Of a stretch of 64,000 bases of DNA, positions 24,816 to 38,360 are shown in pieces (positions within the stretch are counted from its first letter, which is position 1; the number at the start of each line of letters is the position of its first letter). The position numbers were made by a program, and so were the translations under genes. The stretch covers positions 81,346,829-81,410,828 of the forward strand of contig NC_068987.1 in the NCBI RefSeq assembly GCF_001194135.2, given 5' to 3'. Under the pieces are notes generated by a model. It searched no databases and was not told the origin of the DNA. It saw only the letters and a list, made by a program, of their open reading frames with translations. The stretch comes from Octopus bimaculoides. Lineage: Eukaryota.

Positions 24816-26857
24816 ACATTTTTGATGTATGTTGGGGGAATAGATGCATCTGAGTTAGAACGAATATATTGTGCTCAGTGAGTTGATTGATCATGAAACA
24901 AGAGAGAATCTGTGAAAATGAACTGAATATTAAAAGTAACCATGACTATTCAGAAAGTTTATTGCAGCAATTAAAGAAAAGGCACAGCATTAAATATTTA
25001 CAGATTGGCAGTGGTAAGGTGTTTAATAATCATAAAGCAGCAAAGAAATTTATTGATGTGCTTTGCAAAGATTGCTGCCCATCAAAATTTAACTGTAAAA
25101 CAAGGGTATAATGCTGATGAAATGTTGTTATTCTGCTCCTTAAAAAATACTTACAACAGTCAATGAGAGATCAACATCAGTGAAGATGTGAAGGACAGAT
25201 TAACTACACAAAGCTTTGCTAATACAGCTGCAAACCATAAATATAAATGTCTCTGATAGTCAAAAGCCAAGTATGTTTGTTGTTTTTAAGAGATGAAAAT
25301 GTTACCCGTGCATTGTTATATCAACAAAGGGGTATGGCTCACCAAGGGTATCTGACTGCTTAGAAAACATTTTTATATCAGCAGTTTATGTCCACTGCAA
25401 GGAACACAGACTTGATGCCAGGAACAAGTTTATATCTCCGGATAACTGTTTTGTGCATTATTTAGTTGAGCTTACTTTGAAAATTCTTGTTTATACAAAG
25501 AACTTTACCCCAAATATGATATCGTTAATTCAGCCATGTAACTAAGTCATCCTTAGATTATTGATGACTAAGTATAAAGACAACTTCCTAAATGGTAGGC
25601 AGGGGACTGTGGAAGGATTCTAAAAGCAGTTTACTATGAAGGATGCTGTTTATGCAGTTTCCACTGCATAGGGCCTAGTAACTAAAGACATCTTTGTACA
25701 TGTCTGTCACGACCTCTTGTCTGCAACTATGGTCAGTAATGATGGTGGGCAAAGGCATGGGTTTGAAAGATACTCATACAGCATGGGCATTTCTGACACA
25801 TGTTACATGAAATAAGAGATGCTGTCAGACTTTAGATGCACAAAAATGTCGATCAGCCAACTTGAACAGTAAGCTTGTTGAAGTGGATAGTGAAGAAAAT
25901 GATACATCAATAATGATCTTCCATTTGCATATTTTATGACTGATAGTAAGATAGCTTAAATGGATCTTAATGAAAATAATCTAAATGATAATGAAAATAC
26001 TATTGTTAACACAGAAGAAAAAGTACTCATAGATAACATGGTGAAAGTGCGTGATTAACTTATCAAAGAATGAAGCAACATATATTTATCACAGAACAAG
26101 AAATCATTGTAGTGTGACTACTCCAACAAAATAAGAGACATTGCTCCAACAAAAACACGTGCTAATAAAGTAGATACCAATTATACCAATTGAGAGACTA
26201 TTTTAAAAAAAAACATTGAGTTGGGTGTTTCGTTATGTATTTTTGTTCATTTTTGTAAGCAGTGACCATCATCTTTTTTTGGTAGTTATAGACAACGTAC
26301 AAAACATTATTTTCATGTAAATTTCACTTCCACATAAGACTTGATGTGATGTAACATTACTCGCTATTTTACTTGTATGTTTAAAAAAAATCTTGTATGT
26401 TTCTTAAAAACTCTATGTCCCAGCATGGCCACAGAACTCGAGCTGAAACTAGTAAACAAAAAAAGTATAAATCAGGTTTCATCTGTCTTCCATGGTGGCA
26501 TTGGTTGGAGATTTCCATAGCATCTAATGGGTTACAAAACTTGCATCAATGGTTCAGCTTTAGCATAATTTCTACTCCAATCATTTTGCAGAACGTAATA
26601 GGTGTATGAATTTTCATGGTACCAGCACTATAGATGTTGCATTGTTACAGGCAAGATTATAGTCCTCTCAAACCCTGCGTTGTTACAGTTGAATTTGATA
26701 TACCAACCATTTACTGAATGTTTTAAGTACTTTTGTTATGGCACTAGCACATTATTGGTGGTGCTCATAATGTGAAATAGAGACCCCATGAATGGGATAG
26801 ATATATTTGTGCGAGAAGACAGTAGAGGGGAGATTAACTGAAGAAACAGGATTGAGG

Positions 26858-27051
26858 ATAATAATCTTTTCTACTCTAGGCACAAGGCCTGAAATTTTTG
26901 GGGAGGGGACCAGTCAATTAGATCGACCCTAGTATGCAACTGGTACTTAATTTATCAACACGAAAAAGATGAAAGGCAAAGTCAACCTCAGCGGAATTTG
27001 AACTCAAAAGGTAAAGACAGATGAAATACCGCTAAGCATTTTGCCCAATGC
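26858..27051 (-). mobile_element. SINE family B, 5'-truncated
   Basis: gatgaaaggcaaagtcaacctcagcggaatttgaactc...gaaataccgctaagcattttgccc, homologous to the other B copies. Confidence 0.85.
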
Positions 27052-27607
27052 TTAGAGGCAAGGGAGAGCAGAGGTGGGTGACAAAGTAGTGATTGTGATG
27101 GGATGAAGTTATATTTTAAAGTACAAGTGGATAACATGTTCTGCCTTGGGTTCATCTTGATGCTATGCAAATATACAATCATTCAGAGAAGTAAAAATAT
27201 CTGTGATTTGAAACTTTTCAGATAAAGGATTGCTAATCTGTATTTTTTACTGAGCAGTTTAATGATAAATTCTGTCTTTTGAGGAATATTAAGATATGCC
27301 ATGAAAAGCACATTCATGTCATTATTGATTTTATATTCCTGAGTCAATTTAACATTTCATTAATGTATTTTTTATTTGGATGAATATTTTAGAGGTTTTC
27401 ATATTTAAAAGAAAAAAGTAGTTTCCTAACTCCATTACTGTTATCCTGATTGTTTTGCATTCATCCCACAGATATATACATACATGTACATGCATGCACA
27501 CGCACACACACACACACATACAAACTAACTCATGCGTACACACACACACACACACATGTATACACGTGTGTGTGCGTGTATGTGTAATATATAACTGTAT
27601 ATACATA

Positions 27608-28000
27608 ATCGTCATCATCGTTTAACGTCCGCTTTCCATGCTGGCATGGGCTGGACCATTTGACTGAGGACTAGTAAACCAGATGGCTGCACCAGGCTCT
27701 AATCTGGCAGAGTTTCTACTGCTGGATGCCCTTCCTAATGCCAACCACTCCAAGAGTGCAGTGGGTACTTTTACGTGCCACTGGCTTGAGGGCCAGTCAG
27801 GCGGTACTGGCAACGGCCACACTCAAATGGTGTTTTTTACATGCTACCTGCACAGGAGCCAGTCCAGTGGCACTGGCAACGACCTCACTCAAATATTTTT
27901 TCACGTGCCACCAACACAAGTGCCAGCAAGGTGACACTGGTAGCGATCATGCTCGAATGGTGCTTTTTACATGCCACCAACACGGAAGCCAGTCAACACT
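27608..28000 (-). mobile_element. RTE-type LINE 3' UTR/tail
   Basis: atcgtcatcatcgtttaacgtccgctttccatgctggcatggg...ggatgcccttcctaatgccaacc and repeated ttttacgtgccac units (reverse complement of 15971-16318). Confidence 0.8.
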
Positions 28001-28038
28001 CAGATTGTGCTCTTAGCGTATGTATATTATATGTATGT

Positions 28039-28416
28039 GGAGGTGCAATGGCCCAGTGGTTAGGACAGCAGACTCGTGGTCGTAGGATCATGGTCTCGAT
28101 TCCCAGACCAGGCGTTGTGAATGTTTACTGAGCAAAAACACCTAAAGTCCACAAGGCTCTGGCAGGGTATGGTGGCGAACCCTGCTGTACTCTTTCACCA
28201 CAACTTTCTCTCATTCTTTCTTCCTGTTTCTGTTGTACCTGTATTTCAAAGGGCCAGCCTTGTCACATTCTGTGTCATGCTGAATCTCCCCAAGAACTAC
28301 ATTAAGGGTACATGTGTCTGTGGAGTGCTCAGCCACTTGCACGTTAATTTCACGAGCAGGCCATTCCATTGATCTGATCAACTGGAACCCTCGTCGTCGT
28401 AACCGATGGAGTGCCA
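28039..28416 (+). mobile_element. SINE family C with 13-bp TSD
   Basis: Head ggaggtgcaatggcccagtggttagg...tctcgattccc (A/B boxes). TSD attatatgtatgt at 28026-28038 and 28420-28432. Confidence 0.92.
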
Positions 28417-28882
28417 ACAATTATATGTATGTATATAATATGTACATATATGTATGTATATAATATGTGTGTATATATGTGTATGTAAATATATATACAC
28501 AGGCACATACAGACAAACATACACCTACAAACTTGCAGCCACATTTCTACCTCACTTAAATACCGCTGATAAAATATGCATATGTTGTAATGTATGTATA
28601 AATATAGCTAAACATGTCTTGAATAAAAGTAATATACATGTATCTATTTTGTATTGTATATTTGAGATTCTTTAATTTCCATTACATGTTTTACATAGAC
28701 GTTGTCATAGCTCCTAACAGTTTAATATATTTGAATTTCTTATTGAGCATTTGAATAATAAATGCCTTGATTTTAGATGGTATAAGACTGTTTATTCCTT
28801 TGTTCATATGTTTTGTGATATGCTGCTTATTTTAAATTATCTTCATTAAGTTCCAGCATCTATGCTGGTTTCCGTCAATGTT

Positions 28883-29119
28883 TTATTGTGGGTTTTTTTT
28901 TTCTATTGTTGATAAAATTTTAGATAAATTCCTCATTTCTGAGTTCAGATGTTTCTTCACTTGTTTTCGATCAACTAAATGTTTCAGCATTGGACATAAA
29001 ATAGATGTTTGTGTGTCTATCATCTTGATAAGCATTGATAGCTTTCCTGATATTTCCCATATAATTCTTTGCGAATCTGCTGATTCTCCTCTTTGTTTTC
29101 CTGCCATGTTAGTGCACAC
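28883..29119 (-). pseudogene. Possible decayed HTH (pipsqueak/pogo-like) coding fragment
   Basis: An alternative frame gives GRKTKRRISRFAKNYMGNIRKAINAYQD; weak resemblance only. Confidence 0.2.
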
Positions 29120-29532
29120 AGAATGGAAATATATAGACCACAGACTGTAAAAATCTGTGTAGAGAGTATATTAGTGAATCAATTTCCAATGTAGCCCTAT
29201 CTTTACATTTTATTTATTATATTTTGTATTTCCACCAATCCTTTGCTTTACAGCAATCTTCAGGTAAACATTTATGCAACATTAACTATATCCTGGAGAA
29301 TATTTACATAGCAACTATAACTGTGTGGCAACGTTGTATAGCTAAAGGAAGATAATCTATAAATGTTTACAGTATTACAGTAGTCCGTGAGTGAATGTTT
29401 TTTCTAAATCAAATTAAATTAAAATTAATATTATTGTCTGTTCAGCACTGATTTGAATTACTCAATAAATTTCTTTACTTTTCTCTTCTTCAAACTTCAC
29501 TTGCATCATAAAGCCTATAAAAAAATGGAAAT

Positions 29533-29670
29533 AATGGTTTCAAATGTTGATATAAGGCCAGTAATTTTGAGGAAGGAGGTAAATTGATTACATTGACCCC
29601 AGTTTGACTGGTACTTTATCGACACCAAAAGGTTGAAAGGTAAAGAAGGCCTTGAAGAAATTTGATCTCA
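29533..29670 (-). mobile_element. Degenerate SINE family B fragment
   Basis: gattacattgaccccagtttgactggtactttatcgacaccaaaaggttgaaagg. Confidence 0.6.
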
Positions 29671-29699
29671 TTGAGACAAGTATATTGGTATACTTTCCA

Positions 29700-31490
29700 A
29701 ATTCTCTCTGGAACAGAATACTAATGTCTAACAAAATATTATCAAATCAGAAAAACAATGAACCAATGTCCTCAAAGAAGCAGATAAAGTTGGTGATATT
29801 ATCATAATAAATGCTAAATATTATTGGGATTTAGTCAAAGAGTATTTAAATGATACAACCTTTTACTTTGAAATATCCTAAAAGTACAGATGATGGAATT
29901 ATGATTTCAAAACATCATACATCTGGTTTCAAGGCATCATAATTCACTTACCTATAATGAAATTTCTTGCCTTAAGAATTTTGAACCAAAATCTATCAAT
30001 CATTATGGCCTGTTGAAAAGACTTCAGGAAATTCAAAATGCAGTAAAAGAACAAAGTGGTGAGAATGTAAAATTGTTTAAATCAAAAGATGTACAACTTA
30101 AACTCATCATGGTTGATTTGGCATGTCCTATTATTTTAAAACTACTGTGTACCTACATACTGAGTTTCATTTAAAATTACATGGATTTCCTGCATCATCT
30201 ACCCCAAACAAAAGAACCAAATTTGTTGTCAGTTAATTTTGATGTAAAAAGCCTTCACGCAAATATTCTATGTGACCTTACAGGGTGATTCCCATAGGTA
30301 TATCATGGACTTTATATTAGATGTTCAGTCTTATTCTTGAGGATAATATATTCTTTTTCAATGGGGAAACCTACCTACAAATCAGAAATAAAATCTTGGA
30401 GCAAAATTTACTCTAGTATACGCATACTCAGTAATGTGATACTTGGAATGAAAACTGTATCAAAGTTGATGAAAACAATGAGACAAATTTTAGAAGATGC
30501 ATAGAGGACTCGTAGAAAAGATTCCTTGACCACAGTTTTCTAATTTAAACAAAATCTGTTGGAAGGTTAAAATTTTAGCCTCCTTCTGAACAATTTGCAC
30601 CAAAGTCTTAACTTTACAAAGGAGATGAGCACCACAAAATTACAATTCTTGACTTAATGCTTTTTAAAAATAATACTAACACCACAACAAATATACATTA
30701 TAAAGACACAACCACACACCAATACTTTGAATCTAACACACATATAAAACCTAGCATTTCATTCTAATCAGAAAAACATTTGTACTGTTGAGAAACACAA
30801 AAGAATTCAGAGCAACTTAAACAAAATTATCCTCCTAACATATTGTATAGAACATGAAGAGCAGATGTCTTAGCAACCCAAGAAAGAAGAACACAAGACT
30901 AGTACATAGTAGCTTTTGTAGAAACAACATCCAATTAATTTAATATTTCCTGATCACACCTGCCTTTTAGCAGACAAATTAATGGATTAAAAAATTTAAC
31001 TACCTATCTAATGCTTGTGTGAAACAAACAACTGAAAAACATGAAGTACCTTCTGATAAAGGCAGAGTATAATCTAAACAACTATGATAAAATTTCACAG
31101 CAACTAAATGCAACAGTAATCATTATGGCACATGCTATTTTATACATGCTGGTCATTATAACAATGCAGGGTTAGAAAAAGAAATATTCATGAATGGAAA
31201 TATGTACTGTAAAAGCAGAAATTTGATTTATTGCATCAAATGCCCAAATTATGAAAAAATATACACTATCCAGACTGGAAATTCATTATCTGAACACATA
31301 CAAATACACTAGTAGTAAATTAGGGATCTGAAGCCCATTAAGTAGATATTAGAAACCATGCTGCAATAAGCATTTTTTTTTTATATTTCCATTTTAGAAA
31401 TTTTATGACTCAAGTTAAGTTAAAAGAAAAACGAAAGTAAAGAGTTTTATTGAGTAATTCAAACCAGTTCTGAAAGAACAATAATATTTA
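29700..31490 (+). mobile_element. Penelope-like retroelement relic (RT plus GIY-YIG endonuclease)
   Basis: In order: EADKVGDIIII (PADKG-like), FDVKSLHANI (30238), ILEDNIFFFNGETYLQ, RFLDHSFLI (RYLDD-like), HQSLNFT...LQFLD, KDTTTHQY, CKSRNLIYCIKCP (GIY-YIG). Heavily frameshifted. Confidence 0.85.
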
Positions 31491-34400
31491 ATTGAATTTA
31501 ATTTCAAAATAATATTCATTCAAAACTATTGTAATACTATAAGCATTTTATAGGTTATTTCGCTTTAAGTATGCAACAACGGCATTTTATAGCTGGTTAC
31601 TGTTACTCTTCATATATAATTACTATATAAATATTCATTTAGAGTTGGTTATTGTTGCTATGCAAATATTCACTTAACTATAATTACTTTTGCCACACAT
31701 TCATTTACCTGAAGATTGTTTTCAAAATATAAAATACAAATACAAATGTAGAAATCAAGCTATATTAGATTGATTGACTGGGGTTTCTTGATCAAAATCT
31801 GCACATATTTGGGGATATTGTTCACCTGGGTCTGCATATTTCCCCATGATTCATTTTGGTGTTGATTTCTCTGGGTAGATGCACTTCTTACAACCAACAA
31901 TTTTACAGAGCATATTTATGATGTACTAGTGCTAAAGAAGTTGTTATATCCTTGACAAGACTAAAGGATCATCCCGACCTCACATTTTCCAGAGTGTAGA
32001 GGGTGTATTTTTTTCAAAGTTCAGTTCTAAGTAACAATATCTTTGACAGGGCATAGCAGTCCCTTACCTCCATGACTTTGTTTACTTGCCAACTACTTTA
32101 CAGAGTGAGAGGCAGAAGTCATAAAAGCATAAATTTTAGAGATGAATGATAAGTAATTAGAGTAGTGTGTGAAAGAGTGGGTGGTGTGTGATAGGAATAT
32201 TTTTGTATTCTGAGATTCTGAGATATGCACATACATTTGGGGTAATCTGTCCAAACAGTTAGAGTAGTGACAGAAGATAATGTAGTCCAGGAAATAATAT
32301 TAGGACAGAAGGAGAGTTGGGATATGTGGGTAAAAAGGAGAAAGGACATGACGGAATAAATAGGATTATGACTAGCAGTACCAGAGGATGAAGGTTAATT
32401 ATATTGGTTACTATAGGACCAATGTGCTCAGTTTTATACAGACCTTGATACAAGTGGAAAAGTATATACTTCTATGTGCATATGTGTGTATATATATATG
32501 CATATGTATGTGTATTATTTGTAGGGAGGCTGAGTCATTATTAATCTTTTACATTCATTCATTATGACTTATGAACATATCTTGGTATATGAGGACTTCT
32601 ATTTAATTTCTAACATTTTTATTGAAAACTTTTAGTAATTTGGTTTTATTTAGTCTGTATTTTAACTTTTATGTGTTAATGTTGTTAATTTGACAGTTTC
32701 ATAGTATTGTTAGTTACTGTGGCTACATTTTGTGGTCTATTGTGCCCTGGCTCCAATCAATGAGCTAAACAGCTGTCAAAATCTATTCAATCATGATTAG
32801 TTTTCTCATTGTCTGTCAGCATTAAGAACTCTGGTGAGTGAGTGCATTTTCTGCAGAATGAAGCATCTTATACTATAACAGTCTCTGAAAACTTATGATA
32901 TTCATTGTCATTGTCATTCTGAATAAAAATTACTTCTGTTATTATTTCTGCTATAGAAATTAAAAAATTCTCAGACAATCTGATATATATTTTTATCAAC
33001 TTTTTACTTATTATTATTATTATTTTATTTAGTTCATATATTACAACAGCTCCTCAGATACATACAATTAAAAACTATTGATTTCATTCAAAATAAGAGA
33101 TAGTATTTAACAGAAGGTTACTTTTAGGTAGTTCCTAATGTAATTGATTTTAAAAGATTGTTTAATATTTTCATTTTGTGTCTACAATTCTGGTATTACC
33201 CAAGTTATCAAAATACCAAATACCCTTCTTTCTAAAAATCATTCTTTTGTATGTCCATTTTTAGTGACAGCATTTGAACATATATCTAAGCACACAACCA
33301 AGTTATAATTTTGAAAGTATCATGCAAATTTTGTTCATCTATTCACAATTTCTTTGGTTATTTTAATACACAAGCTGTTGGTACACATGAAAAAAAAATT
33401 ATTCTTTTTCTGTTCAGATACAAAAAAAAAAAAAAGAAAGAAAGAAACAATCTATCAAAACTCCTTCCAGAAAAAGTTATAAGCATCTTATGAAAAATAA
33501 GGCCAATAAAAGCTATCTTCCAGAAGAAAAATTCAGATTCATTATACAATCTTAATGTTAGAAAGATTCTTGTTTCTCATCAATAAACATCCATCATTTA
33601 CAATGTGCTTCCTATGAAATTAGCACCCTTCTTATGTGATCACAGCCAGGACCAAAACTCTACCAGGTTATTATTTTGTTTCCACATGGCTATTTGCAAC
33701 AGTCTATTTTAAGACATTTTCCCAATATGGCCTGATATAGTTTGAAGTGAGAAACATTAATCTTATTTTCTCATGTACCCTTTCTAAATAAAAGTATTGC
33801 TTTTTTTCTATCTAATATCAGAAAAGAAGTAAGGTAAAAGATGAATATATAAACTCTATTCAACTTAGGAATATCTACAGTTTGGAAAGTATTGAATTAA
33901 TCTGCATAACAGAAGGTTTGAAATTTTGGCTTGTCATTTGAATATTTGAATTATTCTATTATTTTAAAATGTAAATTCTTAAATATATCATGTCAGCCGC
34001 TGAACCAGATTTGATATAAAAATTTTCCTTAATAGAAAATGTATCTCAAAATGAATACTTTACACTATTGTATATAAATACTATTTAATAGTTGAAATCA
34101 TGTGAATGAAACAAACAATTATTTGACTTTGTTTTAATGGAGATAGAATACTGGATTGACAGCTTCATTAGAGTATTAGGCAAAATATATTTCTGTATTT
34201 AGTCATGGTTCTTTATATTCTGCACTCAAACTTCTCCAAGTTCAACTATCCTTTCATCAGGCTTGGCTCAATATAATTAACTGTTCCCTTTTGGCAAATT
34301 TCTGAATGAAATTGGTTCCAAATACTTTTTTAAATTATTTGGTTAAAAATAAATGGTCAGTGACTATGCTGATGACATTCATGTACATCAGTGTTATGTT

Positions 34401-35659
34401 AGTGACATTGATGTACAGCTTTTATTTTTTTATAGCTTCATACCTAGAGAAAAAAAGAGTTGTAGTTATGGAGAGTAAATGGTTATAAAGTTTGGTAGTT
34501 GAAAATAGTAGCAGCAGTTGTAATAGCACTGGAAAGAAACAAAAAAATAAAGGCATAGTACATCTGTGAGGTAGTGTTGTTGTATGTTAGTCAGTGAAGA
34601 TTTAGCACTCAGATGGCTTCTTTTAATGCAATTTAGAATATTTGTGTATATAGCATCCCCTCCATTTCAGACTGTGTTTGGGTGCTATTTTTTTGTCTAA
34701 ATTTTCTTAATGCTTTTGGATAAATTAATATTCATAATAATATCTGTGTATATTTAGCCTTGCTGTGAAGTTAGGTTTCATGAAAAGTTCTTTTCAACAA
34801 CTTTGAGTGGGATCAGAACTGATTGATTTCATTGTTCTTTATCAACTTATCAGGATCCATTTACTCTCCTTACCAAGATGCAGAATAATTGTTACATAAG
34901 ACAAGTTAAAATTTAGATAAGTTTGCACCTAGTTTTCAGCTCATTTACAGATTAGTCCTAGGTTGATAGGCTGACATTAATCACTAGAATACCAGTATGA
35001 CATGAAGTATGTATAAATACATAAATAAAGAATACATGGTGTTGCATTTTGATGTGAAATTAAGCCATATTAGATATTCTTTGTAAGAAGTGGTGAGCAG
35101 ATTCTGGTGAGTAACAATGAAACCAATCAGTTTGATCCTCATGCCAAACTACTTAAAAGGCTCTTTTGGTACCTAATTTTATCATCATCCTCATCTGGTT
35201 GAACTTGCTCAGACATTTTTAACTCATGCACTAAATACATGCAGATTTAACTGTGAGCTTATTTATTGTACTGTAAAAGTACTCTAGAAATAGCCCCATT
35301 AGGTACGTTCAGAATTTCATATTTTTAAAAGAAGAGCATATCTGGCATTAAGAAACCAAGTTGGGTGTAAATTAAAGCTTATATCATCTTTCTAACAGCA
35401 TGTAACTAGTTCCTGCTCGTACTGTTGTGTTTCTTTTTGTTGTTATTTAAACTGAAGACTGGTAAAAAAAATGTAAGATAGTTATAGCCTCATATGCAGA
35501 CAATTTAGCTAATAGGTTGTTCTCCTGTCAAACATGGTTAAAGACTTTGATCACAGAATGAACATTACTTTCAGCAAAGTGCTCAGGGATAAGAGACAGG
35601 TGAGCTAGTCTCCATTAGAACTGACTCTATGGAATTGATAATGGTGATTGCTTAAAAGT

Positions 35660-38360
35660 GAGATAGTTTCAAAGTAATAATGAAAGTGACTGTTTACTAC
35701 TGTTGCATCGCTTTTGATATTCTGTAAGTGAGGGCAATAAAATAATAATTAGCAGCATCAGTGTATCAGAGAAGTTGCTTTCTTGGGAATGAGACACAGT
35801 GCAGCATGTTTGTGTAGATTGAGATATGTCCCTAGTGAGAGAAGGAGATTGACTGAAAGATTTGACTGTAAAACTGGAGTAAGAAGGAGAATTGGGGAGG
35901 AGTTTTGTTGTATGTGCAGTGTGAACTGAAAGCATAAATGGTGGATTTAAATTAGTGAGAGTGCACTTACAGAACCACCCTTGCTGAATACTGGCTAAAG
36001 AAAAGTTCTGCAAAATTTATAGAGATTCTCTTGGCAATGTATGGGTAGAGACCGTACAAGTTGTCAAAAATTTGAAAGTATCTTTTGTTTCCTTGATGTT
36101 TGTCTTACAGTTATTATGCATATCCCACCAATTAGATTGTGTAATTTACTCAAGGTGCAGTAGATTGTATCCTTCATGTGTATAGTCAAAGTGCGACTAT
36201 GAGTGAACAATCTGAGAATTTGGGGATTTGCAAGAGATTTTTGAGAGATGTAGTGTGATATAAAAAGGTGCATTCCAGAAATTTAGAAACTTTTTTGGGG
36301 GAGACATTTATTAATTTGAAAGAAAGACAAGGCAATAATCTCCTTCAAAGTAGGATCCTTTGACTTCAATGCACTCATAACACTTCTGCCACTTTGTGAA
36401 GGCCCCATGAAATCCTCCAAAGTGAAGGAGTCCAGGACCCTTGTCACAGCCTCCTTCATCTTCTCAATGTTTTCAAAATGACTGTCCTTGAGATTCTCTT
36501 TCAGCTTGGAAAACAACCAAAAGTCACAGGAAGAAAGGTATAGACTGCAGGGAGGGTAAGGGACAGATTTTATGTCCATTTCTGCCAAGTAATTGGTTAC
36601 CAGGATTAAATTGTTGACTGGAGCATTGTCCAGATACAGGTACCTCTGATACAAGTGGAAGAGCTTTATCCTTTTGCATCAAAATCTCTTCCTAAACTTT
36701 TAAAACCTCCACAAAGTACTCTTTATTGACCGTCTAGCCCAAGGAAACCCAGTGGGTGTATATGATGTTCTTGCTGCCACAAAAAGGGGCCATCATGACG
36801 TCCCTGACACACTTGCTTTGCCCAGCCTTCTTGGGTCTGGGGAATCCAGGATGTTTCCATTGGTCACTCTGTTGTTTAGTCTCTGGATTATAGCAATAAA
36901 TCTAACATTCATCACAGGCCCTCAGAGACTCAAGTACTCATGAATTGGGGATGATGAGCTCAACCATATCCCTACAGTCACCGATGTGTCTTTCCTTCCG
37001 TTCATCACTGAGCAGCTTGGAAACAAACTTTGTACAAATTTTTTCACACTTTCAGATCTTTATGAATAATTCTGTGTACAGTTGTTCACACCAACTCCAA
37101 ACAGTGTGTTTATTGTCTACAGTGTAGTCTTCATTTAGAAAATTGTAAATTTTCTCAACTAGCTCTGATGTCCCTCTCCCTCCTACATCTTTCATAATTT
37201 CTCACCTCCTCTCTACCATCCTCGAACCTCCCATGCCATTGAAAAACAGCTGCTCAGCTCACAAAGATTGTCCATAAGCTGTATGGAGCATTTCATAACT
37301 TTCTGTAGCATTTTTGCCCAATTTAACTCAAAACTTTATTGCATAGTAAACTTCCAAATTTACTTTATGTCCCTACTGCCAGCTGCAAACTAATCAGCTA
37401 TGACAAGCAATGTTTAGTAGGGTTTGTTCAAAGTGTTGTTACAGCTGTCTTCTTCGATCTTGAATAACAAAAGTAGGCAGGGTCAGCTTATTACATATAT
37501 TGTAATAATGTATTAAAATTACAATAATCTAGCTCAGTTATAAGTGCCTCTCTTATAACATCTCAAAAGTTTTAAATTACACCTTGCACTTAGGAGAATG
37601 GTATCAGATGGATCAAAGGTAAAGTATTTGTGATTCTGATGACATTTATTATAAAACAGGTGGAGAAACTCTGACTAGTGATCTAATTTGAAAATCTAGA
37701 AGAGGTAAGATGTGTTAGTGCATGACTGGAGGACTTCGGAGGATGCTGCTTTGATTAGGTAGTGATCAGATTATCTATTCTTGGAAAAAAGGTGAACTTG
37801 GAGAAATGAATAAAAATTGGTCAGAGAATTTTTACATTGGTTTTGGATGTGGTTAACCAGTGCAGACAGTTCAAGAAGACAACTGATTAAATTCTTCCAT
37901 TAGCAACGACTGTGTTGGGGAATAAATGCAGGACAAAGATTAAATGCGTGCACTGACCAAGGATTATGATTTCAAAGAGAAGCAACTTGTGATAGATTTC
38001 TGCTTTGAGCTAATTGCTAGAGGAATTTGGAAATAGAGATAACATGTTAAGTTAGAAAAATAGGGAGAAGAAACATTGAACCTGTGTAACTGCAAGTATT
38101 TGCTGCTTAGGATCATCTGAGAGATTTTGATGAGTAGTTGAGAGTTGATTCTACATAAGGAAAGATATTGCTTTCCATTAACTTCTGTGTTATTTCTTTT
38201 GAGTGGCCTATATGGAAGTCGGCAGTTTTGGTTGAGTTTGTGAAAATGGTATGCTCATCAGGACTAATGAGTTGGAGGAGAAGGGGATACAGCATTATGT
38301 GTCAGTTAGTAGGACAGTTACTCAAGGCACTCAAAAACTACCAGAACTACTGCTACTAAC
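35660..38360 (-). mobile_element. Second Penelope-like relic, split by a mariner insertion
   Basis: Minus-strand frames give ...HKYFTFDPS just before 37590 and KSLANPQILRL just after 36260. These match the contiguous PLE motif HxYLxFxSxHP..K.SIP.SQFLRL. Weaker RT-like remnants run up to 38360. Confidence 0.55.
36263..37588 (-). mobile_element. Mariner (DD34D) transposon relic
   Basis: PETKQQSDQWKHPGFPRPKK, TVNKEYFVEVL, and DNAPV...PPCSLYLSSCDFWLFSKLK with 34 residues between the catalytic D's. Imperfect ~25-bp TIRs aaggtgcattccagaaatttagaaa / tctcaaaagttttaaattacacctt; TA at the left junction. Confidence 0.88.

Larger units (their letters stand above)
23530..26400 (+). mobile_element. Tigger/pogo DNA transposon relic (TIGD2/JRKL-like transposase), interrupted
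   Basis: MSKTTRNIPVGNSE N-terminus at ~23832; LIMKQ...LKKRHSIKYLQIGSGK...HKAAKKFID (24887-25111); YNADE at ~25108; DNC at 25441; PNMISLIQPC at ~25508; FTMKDAVYAV. Multiple stops and frameshifts. Boundaries approximate. Confidence 0.85.

Noticed and set aside
27622-28544. Cluster of overlapping 60-96 aa ORFs
   Set aside because: They fall entirely within an RTE 3' UTR and a SINE C copy; these GC-richer repeats lack stops by chance.
29254-29263. 10-nt microexon (strong acceptor, CAG/gtaaac donor)
   Set aside because: Cannot be supported without transcript data.
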